Of a stretch of DNA of 64,000 nucleotides, positions 55,740 through 64,000 are shown in pieces. Below the pieces are notes generated by a model, which made no database searches, was not told where the DNA came from, and was given only the letters and a program-made list of their open reading frames with translations. The DNA lies in contig CAWHHU010000003.1 of NCBI GenBank assembly GCA_963829295.1, positions 360,157 through 424,156 on the forward strand. The letters run 5' to 3'. This DNA is from an uncultured Chloroflexia bacterium (GTDB taxonomy: Bacteria; Chloroflexota; Limnocylindria; Limnocylindrales; CSP1-4). Numbering within the stretch: position 1 is the stretch's first letter; every line of letters begins with the position of its first letter. The position numbers and the translations under genes are program-made.

Positions 55740-57440
55740 TCAGCTGCCGGCGACGATCTCGCCGTCCATCAGGACCAGCCTCGGGCGGGCGTGCCACAGC
55801 GCGCCATCCGGCTCGACCGGCTCGCCGACCGCCGCCGCGCCCAGGACGATCAGGTCAGCGCGACATCCGGGGACGAGCCGGCCGCGGTCGAGCTCGCCGG
55901 CGGTGACGACCGGACCGACGCACGCGGCCCGGATCGCGCGCCACAGCGACACCGCCTGGGTTTGTCCCAGCGGCTCCGTGCCGGCCGGCCAGGTGGGCGC
56001 CCGTCGGGTGACCGCACAGGCCACTCCGGGCCACGGATCGATGGGCTCGACCGGGGCGTCGGTACCGATGGCGAGGACGGCACCGGCGTTCGCCAGGGCG
56101 GCCATCGGAAAGGCGCGCGCATCGGCCCGGCTGCCCCACAACCGCCGCGCCTTGCCGGCGTCGGATCGGATGTGGACGGGCTGCATCGAGGCGGCGATGC
56201 CGAGCTCGGCGAAGCGCGGGATGTCGAGCTCCTCGACGAGCTGGGCGTGCTCGACCCGCGGCATCAGGGCCGTCAGGCCCACGGTGGGCGCCAGGGCATC
56301 GAGCGCCGCCCTGACGGCCGCGTCGCCGATCGCATGGATCTGGGTTGCGATCCCGACCCGGGCCGCGCCCGCCGCCTGGTCGGCCAGGGCCTCGGGCGTC
56401 AGCAGCCAGATGCCACGGTCGTCGGTGCCGCTCCCCCACCCCGGGACACCATCGGCCCGGCCGCGCTCGATCGGGGCCAGCAGCGCGGCCGTTCGCGATC
56501 CGAGCGATCCATCGGCGAAGGTTTTGAGCCAGCCGAGCCTGAGCCGGTCCAGCGGGTCCGGGCCCAGCGGCTCACCGCTGCGCAGCCCGTGCCCGGTGGC
56601 CGTCTCGAGCTGCTCCGGACGCAGGCACACGTGGACGCGAACACCGAGCCGCCCGGCCGCCGCCAGGCCGCGGTAGGCGGCGAACGGTCCCCCGAGTCCC
56701 GCCTGGATGGAGAGCCCGCCGGGATCGTGGACGGCGACCACGCCGAGCGCCACCAGCTCGGCTGTCAGGGGCCCGAGCGCCGCAGCGATGGCCTCCACGG
56801 TTGGCGCCGGGACCAGGTCGGCCACCAGCCGCGCAGCGTTCTCGTGGAGCACGCCGGTCGGTGTGCCGTCGTCGCTGCGCCGGATCACCCCGCCGGCCGG
56901 ATCACGCCGACCAGCATCGATGCCTGCGGCCTCGAGCGAGGCGCGGCTCGCGAGCAGCGCGTGGTGATCGTGTGCCCAGAGGGCCACCAGCCGGCCGGGT
57001 GCGGCGCGATCCAGATCGTCGGCGGTGGGCCAGCGACCGAGCGCGTCCACATCCCAGCCGCCACCCTCGATCCAGGTTGGCGGGCCGTCCGCAACGCTCG
57101 TCCCGGACCGGATCCTCCCGAGGAGCTCCTCCATGTCGGACGAGCCCTCGAGGTCCACCCGGGCCCGCGCCAGGGCGGCCTCGACGAGGTGGAGATGCGC
57201 GTCGGTGAGCCCCGGCAGCGCCACCTCGTCCGGCGCGAGATCCAGACGGCGCGTTCCCGGACCGGCCAGCCGCACGACCTCCGTCCGTCGTCCTCCCGCC
57301 ACCACCCGGCCGCCGGCGACCGCGATCGCCTCGACCCAGCCGGCTCCCGCATCGCCCGCGAGGCTGGCGATCCTGCCGGTCACCACGAGGTCGGGCCATG
57401 CCCGTTGGCGGGACGGAGCGCCGGGCCTGACCTCGGTCAC
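55740..57440 (-). CDS. Metal-dependent amidohydrolase (Amidohydro_3 family)
   Basis: LPGLTDAHLHL (metal-binding HxH), ...VAVHDPGG..., ...IGTDAPVEP. GTG at 57440 is preferred over the long R/P-rich N-terminus. The start is uncertain. Confidence 0.7.
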   Translation of the reverse strand: MTEVRPGAPSRQRAWPDLVVTGRIASLAGDAGAGWVEAIAVAGGRVVAGGRRTEVVRLAGPGTRRLDLAPDEVALPGLTDAHLHLVEAALARARVDLEGSSDMEELLGRIRSGTSVADGPPTWIEGGGWDVDALGRWPTADDLDRAAPGRLVALWAHDHHALLASRASLEAAGIDAGRRDPAGGVIRRSDDGTPTGVLHENAARLVADLVPAPTVEAIAAALGPLTAELVALGVVAVHDPGGLSIQAGLGGPFAAYRGLAAAGRLGVRVHVCLRPEQLETATGHGLRSGEPLGPDPLDRLRLGWLKTFADGSLGSRTAALLAPIERGRADGVPGWGSGTDDRGIWLLTPEALADQAAGAARVGIATQIHAIGDAAVRAALDALAPTVGLTALMPRVEHAQLVEELDIPRFAELGIAASMQPVHIRSDAGKARRLWGSRADARAFPMAALANAGAVLAIGTDAPVEPIDPWPGVACAVTRRAPTWPAGTEPLGQTQAVSLWRAIRAACVGPVVTAGELDRGRLVPGCRADLIVLGAAAVGEPVEPDGALWHARPRLVLMDGEIVAGS

Positions 57441-57480
57441 GTTCGGCCGGCGCTCAGGCACGCATCGGTCGAGCCGCGGG

Positions 57481-59026
57481 TCAGTCCGCGTCCCCGGGTC
57501 GCGTTTGCCCGGGTTGCGGCTGGGGCGGATCGTCGGGCCGCTGGCCAGGGTGCCAGCCACCGGCCTCGAGCTCGGACGCAGTCACCACCGCGACCATGTC
57601 GATCCCGGCCGGCTGGCCGTGAACCGGGGGGCCCGCGTGCTGCTCGGCGGCCTTGAGCGGACCACGGGTGAAGATCGACAGCAGGCCCGCGGCCATGATC
57701 AGCAGCGCCACGAAGAGCAGCACGGTCGTCGTCCCGATCAGGTCCGACACGGGCCCCACGATGATGATCGGCGCGAAGCTTGAGACCGACACCAGCATGT
57801 TCAGGACGCCGAACACCCGACCCCGGACGTCCTCGGGCAGGTCCTCCTGAAGCTGGGTCTGGGCCGGGATCGCGACGAACCCATAGGCCATGCCCGCCAG
57901 CAGCGCGACGAACACGACGATCCCGAGCAGCGACGTGAAGTCGGCGAGCGACACCAGACCGGTCGCGGTCTCCGCGCGCTGGAGGAACCGGGCGATGGGA
58001 CCGGCCACCGCCAGGATCGCGAGCAGCAGCCCCAGGGCCACCAGGCCGCCCTCGATGATCCGGCGCCGGGGCAGCAGGTGGCCGAACGAGTTGAGCATGA
58101 GGATCCCGGTCACGATCCCGAACCCCAGCGGCAGGACCACGACCACGAAGTCCTTGGGCTCGAGCCCCAGGGAGTCCGACGCGAAGTCGGGACCCAGGAC
58201 CCCGAGCACGCCGATCAGCGAGGCGGCAATCCCGAGATACAGCAGCGACCAGCTGATCATCCGGTGATCCCGGATGAACGCGATCCCCTCGCGCAGCTGG
58301 GCGAACGTCGAGCCCATCGCGCGCTCGGCATCGGCGGCCATGCTCCGGGCCGGCTCCCCGTCCCGTGCCACCGACGGCGGCGCGGACGGCAGCGTCCAGC
58401 AGAAGCCGGCGGCAATGAGGTAGCAGGTGGCGACCAGCAGGATCAGGGCCGGAGCGCCGAACAGGGTGACCACGATCGGACCCAGAAGCGCAAAGCCGAG
58501 CGCGAACGCCGCGTTGAGCGTGAGCGTGAACACCCCGTTCGCCGCCAGCAGCTGGCGGCGCGGGACGAGGAACGGGATCATCGCGAGCTCGGCCGGCGCG
58601 AAGAACACCGTGATCGTGGACACGGCGATGTTGAGCACCAGGATCGCGGGCACGAACCCGCCGGCCAGGAAGATCAGCACGAACGCGGCTGACCGGAGCA
58701 GGTTGGTGATGACCAGGATCACCCGTCGATCGGCACGGTCCACGTACACCCCGGCGACTGCCGAGAACAGGACGGCGGGTCCGAGGAAGGTCAGGATCAG
58801 GAGACTGACCGCCGTGTTGGACGAGGTCGCCTCGAGGATGATCACGGTCAGCCCGTAGATCACCATGTTGCCGCCGATCTGGGTGAACGCCTGGCTCAGC
58901 CAGAGCAGCAGGAACGGGCGGTTGCGAAAGACGTCGACGGCGCTCGCGCTCTCGACCTCGGCTGCGATCAGGTCGCCTTCGTCGATCCGCGGTGCGGGCG
59001 AGCCGCGGGTGCTCACGATGGGCGTG
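57481..59026 (-). CDS. MFS transporter
   Basis: About 12 TM helices and MFS motif-A-like GVYVDRADRRVIL. The N-terminal boundary is uncertain (GTG at 59026 versus upstream). Confidence 0.75.
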
Positions 59027-59252
59027 GTCCAACAGCGGCGCTGATCGCGGCATCCCCGCGGCGCATGAACTCGACGCTGCGGCGCTCCAGCGCCGCTCGC
59101 TCCAGCAGGACATGGCGGTTGCACGTCTCGCAACGCAGCCCGATGTCAGCCCCGAGGCGGTCGATCAGCCAGGTGTCACCGCCGCACGGATGGCGTCGCC
59201 GCAGCCGGACGACATCGCCGAGGAGCAGCTCGAGCACCCGCTGGCCTGGCAT
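59013..59252 (-). CDS. Small hypothetical Cys-containing protein
   Basis: 79-aa ORF with HPCGG...LRCETCNRH. Overlaps the MFS 5' end. Weak support. Confidence 0.25.
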   Translation of the reverse strand: MPGQRVLELLLGDVVRLRRRHPCGGDTWLIDRLGADIGLRCETCNRHVLLERAALERRSVEFMRRGDAAISAAVGPRPS

Positions 59253-59355
59253 GCTTCGAGCGTAGCAGAGGCGTCACACGGCCCGGACCGGAGGCCGGGC
59301 ACCCGGAACCCGCTTGCGGCAGCGCCCACCCGCTTGGGGCAGCGCCCCCCGGCGG

Positions 59356-60030
59356 TCAGAGCCTTGGGTGACCCAGCACCGGGACGAGCGAGCGGTCCGT
59401 GGCGGGAGTCGTCACCTCGTCCTCGGCCGTCACGGTGATCATCACGTCGGGGAACCGGGCGGCAAGCTGGGCGATCGGCCCGCCGGCCCTGGTCAGCGAT
59501 CCCGCCAGCGTCTGCGGCTGCCCGATGGCGACCAGGTTCACCGGGTTGTCGAGCGCCCGGCCGCCCACCAGGACGTCCCCGGCCGGGCCGCCGGCCACGA
59601 CACCCGCCACCACCCGAATGTCGTCGATCGCGATCGCTTCGGCGCCCGCGTTCCGAAGCTCGTTGAGCAGCAGCTCCACCGCATCTCCCGGGACCGGGCC
59701 GACGATCGTGACCTCCACGCCCGATCCGACCACCGCCATCGCCCCCGACCAGCCCTCGATCCGGTTGAGGTCGGCCCGGATCTGGACAGCCGAGGTGTCA
59801 CCTCGCTGCACGTCCAACTGGACCACCTCGCGCTGCAGCTCGAGCGTCCGGATCTCGTCACGCAGCTCGTTGTTGCGCGTGGTCACATTGGCGACCAGCT
59901 CCGTGAGGTCCTGGACCGACAGAGCGGCCAGACCCTGATCGGTCGCCTGCGACCGCGCCTGGGCGACGACCAGGAACCCGAGCAGGAACAGCACCGCGCC
60001 CACGACCAGGCGACCCGACGAGCGGCGCAT
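59356..60030 (-). CDS. DUF881-domain membrane protein (YlxW/Rv0012-like)
   Basis: N-terminal TM, coiled coil, then ...VEVTIVGPVPGDAVELLLNELRNAGAEAIAIDDIRVV, typical of DUF881. ATG at 60030 overlaps the upstream paralogue's stop. Confidence 0.75.
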   Translation of the reverse strand: MRRSSGRLVVGAVLFLLGFLVVAQARSQATDQGLAALSVQDLTELVANVTTRNNELRDEIRTLELQREVVQLDVQRGDTSAVQIRADLNRIEGWSGAMAVVGSGVEVTIVGPVPGDAVELLLNELRNAGAEAIAIDDIRVVAGVVAGGPAGDVLVGGRALDNPVNLVAIGQPQTLAGSLTRAGGPIAQLAARFPDVMITVTAEDEVTTPATDRSLVPVLGHPRL

Positions 60031-60839
60031 CAGGGACGCGGCCCCGGCAGGAGGGTATGGCTCGGACCGGCCGTCGGCGCGAGGGTCGGCGGCGCCGTCG
60101 GCGCGACGTGCCCGTAGCGAAGGGTGACGGATCCGGCGTAGGCGGGCAGATCCACCTCGTCGAGCGTCGCGTAATCGACGCCGATCCCGAACGTCTCGGC
60201 CCGGGTTCGAATGAAGTCCACGAAGCCCACTGCGCTTGTCAGCCGGTCGAACATCTCCGGCGGTCCGATCGCGCTCACCTGGTAGGGCGGTGCGAGGTAG
60301 GCTGAGTTGACGAGGACCGACCCACCGATATCGACGATCGCAGTGGCCCCCGTCACCCGCTCGGTGTTCACCGCCACCCCCTCCGCGCCGGCCAGCCACA
60401 GCTCCTCGACGACGGTTCGGACATCGGAGCCCGATACGAGATAGTCACGTTCGTCGCCGTCCTGGGGCACCGGCAGCCCCGAGTCCGAGAGGCGGATCAC
60501 CAGACCCGGACCCGCCAGGGCCACCAGGCCGGCGGAGACCTGGGCGAGCTGGAGCCGGTCGTTGAGCGACTTGGTGACGGCGGTGCCGCCCTGGCCGGCC
60601 GCCTCCAGGTCCTTGATGCTGGACCGCAGGTCGAGCACCTGCTGCTTGAGGCTCTCCTGCTGGGCCTGGAGATCGAGCGCCGTCTCCACCAGCGGTGTCC
60701 GTTCCTGGCTGGTGATCCGGATCCGGGGGCCCTCCGACGCCAGCTGGGCGGCGACCAGAAACCCCAGCACCAGCAGCGCGCCGCCGAGGGTGACCTGCCA
60801 GCTCGGGATGGCCCGGATCCGGCTGACAACGATGCTCAT
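60030..60839 (-). CDS. DUF881-domain membrane protein, second tandem paralogue
   Basis: MSIVVSRIRAIPSWQVTLGGALLVLGFLVAAQ..., coiled coil, then ...LVIRLSDSG...TVVEELWLAGAEGVAVNTERV. Confidence 0.75.
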   Translation of the reverse strand: MSIVVSRIRAIPSWQVTLGGALLVLGFLVAAQLASEGPRIRITSQERTPLVETALDLQAQQESLKQQVLDLRSSIKDLEAAGQGGTAVTKSLNDRLQLAQVSAGLVALAGPGLVIRLSDSGLPVPQDGDERDYLVSGSDVRTVVEELWLAGAEGVAVNTERVTGATAIVDIGGSVLVNSAYLAPPYQVSAIGPPEMFDRLTSAVGFVDFIRTRAETFGIGVDYATLDEVDLPAYAGSVTLRYGHVAPTAPPTLAPTAGPSHTLLPGPRP

Positions 60840-62287
60840 GGCCGGGAGACGCGGCGCCGGGAGCGGAGCGTGAGACCGGCCATCGCGCCCAGCACGACGA
60901 TCAGTGCCACCAGCCCGACCATGAGCAGGCCCGGATCGAATCCTCCGCCGGCGTCCGCCGGCGCGCCTGCCGGGCTCCCCGTCTGGCCCGGGGCGCCGTT
61001 GACGGGCGTGGCCGCCGCGCCGGGACCCGCGGCCGACGTCCCGGGCGCCGACTCGGGAGAGCTGACCGGGCCCGACGGCAGCGGGCCGGACCAGCCGTCG
61101 GGCAGGGGTCCCGACGGTGCCGGCACGGGACCGTACCTGTGGGGCGGCTGGGCGCCGAGCTCGGTGAGCCAGCCGTCCTGGAAGGCGGCGAGGCTCTCGC
61201 CCAGCGCGCGTGTGAATGCCTCGTCGTCGGTCAGGCCGTCCTTGTACGCCGTCACCAGCCGGACCAGGGCGCCCTGGTCGAAGGTCCGGACCAGGTAGTC
61301 GATCGCGGACACCGACTCGGCGTAGGCGAGGTACGTCCGGTCGGCCTCGGTCGGGAACTGGCCGGTCAGGGCATCGAGCGGCATCAGGTCGCCGCCCGAC
61401 ACCGCCCCCGAAACGAGGCTCTGGTTGCTCTGCGAGTACCCCTCGCTGAGGTAGACCGCCAATCCCTCGTTGAGCCAGCGGGGCGGGAAGCGGTACGGAT
61501 TCTTCACCGCCGTGTCGAACACAAGGTGGACGAGCTCGTGCGGGATCACCGTGCCGACCCACGGATCGTTGATCTCGGACGGCGTGATCAACGCGAACAG
61601 GGTCCGGATATCGGCGTGGGCCTGGCCGCCGACGTTCTCGCGGGTCCCCGGTCCGAGCGCGTCCCGGAACGCCGCATCGTCCGCGTAGATGAAGAAGTCA
61701 ACCGGTCGCGTCTCGGTCACCCCGAGCAGGTCTGCCGTCTTGCGGATGGCGTCCTCACCGATGTTGAGGGCCTTGGTCGCGAACGACTGGCCCCCCTGGT
61801 ACCAGTGGACGGTCACGATGGCGCCCTTCACGGTCCGCCAGTCATGCGTCGTGTCCTGGTAGTCGACGTCGATCGTCCGGCTCGTGATCGGGTCGCTGGC
61901 CGGCGACTCGTACGCGGCCCATGTCGCCTGAAAGCGGGTGTTCGGCACCAGGTGCCCGCTGCCGGTAAGGTCGAGCGTGTAGCGCAGGGTCCGGGTCCCG
62001 GATCCGACGGGATCCGGCACGCTGACCACGTAGGGCCCGATCGTGTCGGGAAACCGGAGCCAGAGCTCGACGCGCGCAAGGTGGTCCGAGGTCACCGGCA
62101 CCGTGAAGTCGATCGACTGGTCGTAGGTGGCGCTGGCGGTGGGCTTCCCGAACGAGGTCGACGCGGCGTGCGCCGGGGACGCAGCCGGCAGCACGACGAG
62201 CGTCGCCATCACCATCGCCAGCAGGGCGGAGCGCGCCAGATCCGCCGTCCGCTGCCGGGCTGCCGTTGCGGCCGTCCGGGCGCTCAT
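60836..62287 (-). CDS. Secreted/membrane-anchored zinc metallopeptidase, MA clan (Peptidase_MA_2-like HExxH...NEGLA)
   Basis: Signal peptide MSARTAATAARQRTADLARSALLAMVMATLVVLPAASPAHAAS. IPHELVHLVF and NEGLAVYLSEGY. Pro/Gly-rich linker and C-terminal TM anchor. Confidence 0.7.
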   Translation of the reverse strand: MSARTAATAARQRTADLARSALLAMVMATLVVLPAASPAHAASTSFGKPTASATYDQSIDFTVPVTSDHLARVELWLRFPDTIGPYVVSVPDPVGSGTRTLRYTLDLTGSGHLVPNTRFQATWAAYESPASDPITSRTIDVDYQDTTHDWRTVKGAIVTVHWYQGGQSFATKALNIGEDAIRKTADLLGVTETRPVDFFIYADDAAFRDALGPGTRENVGGQAHADIRTLFALITPSEINDPWVGTVIPHELVHLVFDTAVKNPYRFPPRWLNEGLAVYLSEGYSQSNQSLVSGAVSGGDLMPLDALTGQFPTEADRTYLAYAESVSAIDYLVRTFDQGALVRLVTAYKDGLTDDEAFTRALGESLAAFQDGWLTELGAQPPHRYGPVPAPSGPLPDGWSGPLPSGPVSSPESAPGTSAAGPGAAATPVNGAPGQTGSPAGAPADAGGGFDPGLLMVGLVALIVVLGAMAGLTLRSRRRVSRP

Positions 62288-63882
62288 TGTCCGCTGGCCC
62301 ACGCAAGCCCCGCCAGCCGCAGGATCCCCAGCCCGTTCTGGCTGGCACCCAGCAGGCCGTCGCGTACCAGCGAGAACGACGTGCCGTAGCTGACCGGGAC
62401 CACCGGTGCCTGGTCGCGCACGAAGGCCTCGGCGCGGGCGTATCCGGCCATGGCGTCGGCGGGGCTGGCAGCGGACGTCGCGTCCGCGATCGCCGCGTCG
62501 AACGCCGTGGATGTCCAGCGGCCCTGGTTGGCGGTCGACCCGGACCCGAGCAGCACGCCCAGGAAGTCGTTGGGGCCCGGGAAGTCCGCGATCCACGACA
62601 GGCTCCACAGCTGCGGCGGGTCGCTGGCGAGACGCGCCTGGTAGGCGTCGAAGTCCATGGTCGCGTACGAGATCGTGACCCCCAGGTTGTCCTCGAGCAT
62701 GGCCACGATCCCCTCGTCGTAGCCGCCACCGCTGGCGATGAACGAGATCGGTCCCAGCGATGCGCCGGTCGGGTAGCCCGCCTCGGCCAGGAGCTGCTTC
62801 GCGCCCGCCGGGTCGTACGGTGGCAGGTAGTCGCCCTCGGGTGCACCCGGCATGCCGGCCGGTACCAGGCCCGTGGCCGGCACCGACGAGCCGGGCTCGT
62901 CGAGCTGGGCCAGGCGCCGCCAGTCGACCGCCTCCGCGAACGCCTGCCGGACGCGCACGTCGTCGAACGGCGGCCGGGTGGTGTCGAACCCGTAGTAGGT
63001 GACCGACAGCGAGGGATCGCTGCGAAGCGACGGACCCAGCGTGCGGTCGTAGGCGATCCAGCCCGCATCAATGAACCCGATCGGAGCGTAATCCACGTCG
63101 CCCGCGGAGAACGCATCCACCGGGCTCTGGCCCTGGAGGGTGGTGAGCATCCGCACGGTACCGATCGCGGGCGGACCCGCCCAGTAGTGCGGGTTGGCGG
63201 TGAGCACCCACGTGTCGCCGTCGATACTCGAGAGCAGGTATCCCCCGCTGCCGACCATGTGGCCCGGGTCGAGGCTGATCTCCGCGTCGCCGACGCTCGG
63301 CGGCACGATCGCGAACGGCGCGCTGGAGACGATCGCCGGCAGGTCCCCCCCGCCACGCTCCAGGTCCACCACGACGCGCTGGCTCCCATCCGCTCGCACG
63401 CCCAGGGTGGTGACGTCGGTCGAGGCGCCGGAGAGGAGGTCTCGGGCACCCACCACGTCCGCGATCAGGGAGGCGAGTGGCGAGGGGTTGCCGGGTGTGA
63501 ACAGGCGCCGCCAGCTGTGGACCACGTCGGCTGCCGTCAACGGCGTCCCGTCGCTGAACGCGAGGCCGTCGCGCAGCGTGAACACGACGCGCGTGCCGCC
63601 GTCCTCGATGGTCCACGACTGCGCCAGCGCGGGACGGATCGCGAGCGAGGCATCGACCGCGGTCAGCGACTCGTACAGCTGGCTCACGTACGAGGCGCTG
63701 CCCAGGTCACCGTGATGGGCAGGATCGATCGAGGCGGGTGCACCGGCAAGGATCGTCACCGTTCCCGGGTGGGACGCGGCACCCACGGCGAGCCGCGGCG
63801 ACTCGCCCGGCGACCCGAGCCAGGCCGGCATCAGCTGGATCACCATCGCCAGCACGACCAGCGCCGCGATCAATCCGATCAC
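62284..63882 (-). CDS. ABC transporter substrate-binding protein, family 5 (peptide/nickel type)
   Basis: SBP_bac_5-like throughout. GTG at 63882 with a signal-peptide-like VIGLIAALVVLAMVIQLMPAW. No in-frame stop upstream to the window edge (Pro-rich), so the gene may start beyond 64000. Confidence 0.8.
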   Translation of the reverse strand: MIGLIAALVVLAMVIQLMPAWLGSPGESPRLAVGAASHPGTVTILAGAPASIDPAHHGDLGSASYVSQLYESLTAVDASLAIRPALAQSWTIEDGGTRVVFTLRDGLAFSDGTPLTAADVVHSWRRLFTPGNPSPLASLIADVVGARDLLSGASTDVTTLGVRADGSQRVVVDLERGGGDLPAIVSSAPFAIVPPSVGDAEISLDPGHMVGSGGYLLSSIDGDTWVLTANPHYWAGPPAIGTVRMLTTLQGQSPVDAFSAGDVDYAPIGFIDAGWIAYDRTLGPSLRSDPSLSVTYYGFDTTRPPFDDVRVRQAFAEAVDWRRLAQLDEPGSSVPATGLVPAGMPGAPEGDYLPPYDPAGAKQLLAEAGYPTGASLGPISFIASGGGYDEGIVAMLEDNLGVTISYATMDFDAYQARLASDPPQLWSLSWIADFPGPNDFLGVLLGSGSTANQGRWTSTAFDAAIADATSAASPADAMAGYARAEAFVRDQAPVVPVSYGTSFSLVRDGLLGASQNGLGILRLAGLAWASGQ

Positions 63883-64000
63883 GAGCTGCCGGCGTCGCGA
63901 CGGGGCCTCCGGCGCGGACCAGCCGGCCGGCTGCGACCAGCCCGGATCGGGACCCGGCCAGCCGGCAAGCGGCGGCGGCGGAGGCTGCGGCGGCGGGGCC

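Overview
This is a roughly 70-72% GC bacterial chromosomal segment. The gene order pheST-cvpA-mpg-mutS2 resembles Firmicutes/Terrabacteria, and there is a T-box leader on thrS. Left part: a histidine operon (yerC/trpR-like-hisG-D-C-B-H-F-IE, every junction overlapping) with a divergent, window-truncated hisA. It is followed by tyrS, a class A PBP, and a long minus-strand housekeeping run: mutS2, mpg, cvpA, pheT, pheS, rplT, rpmI, infC (with a repeat-built C-terminal extension), thrS and tRNA-Val(GAC). Middle (23220-47775): a ~24.6-kb horizontally acquired island inserted at tRNA-Val, bounded by a 41-nt direct repeat of the tRNA 5' half. It carries a tyrosine integrase, an intact IS427-group IS with perfect inverted repeats and a TAA target-site duplication, and two copies of a replication-relaxation/MazEF module, the second decayed. 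It also carries a PadR-ABC exporter operon fused to a degenerate MauD-like thioredoxin, IS remnants, low-GC pockets encoding aromatic-rich secreted proteins and lipoproteins, and an orphan mauE-mauD-'mauA-like' cluster. That cluster encodes a Tat-signal, 16-cysteine, Trp-containing small protein with dedicated thiol-disulfide machinery but no MauB or MauG. This is the best candidate for an undescribed system. Right part: a zinc-ribbon membrane protein with a repetitive disordered tail, two RNA methyltransferases, an FAD-disulfide reductase broken by two frameshifts, a GAF-GGDEF sensor, an amidohydrolase, an MFS transporter, a tandem DUF881 pair, an MA-type metallopeptidase and a family-5 ABC substrate-binding protein. 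The ORF track treats GTG starts as M; many long ORFs antisense to real genes are GC artefacts and were rejected.
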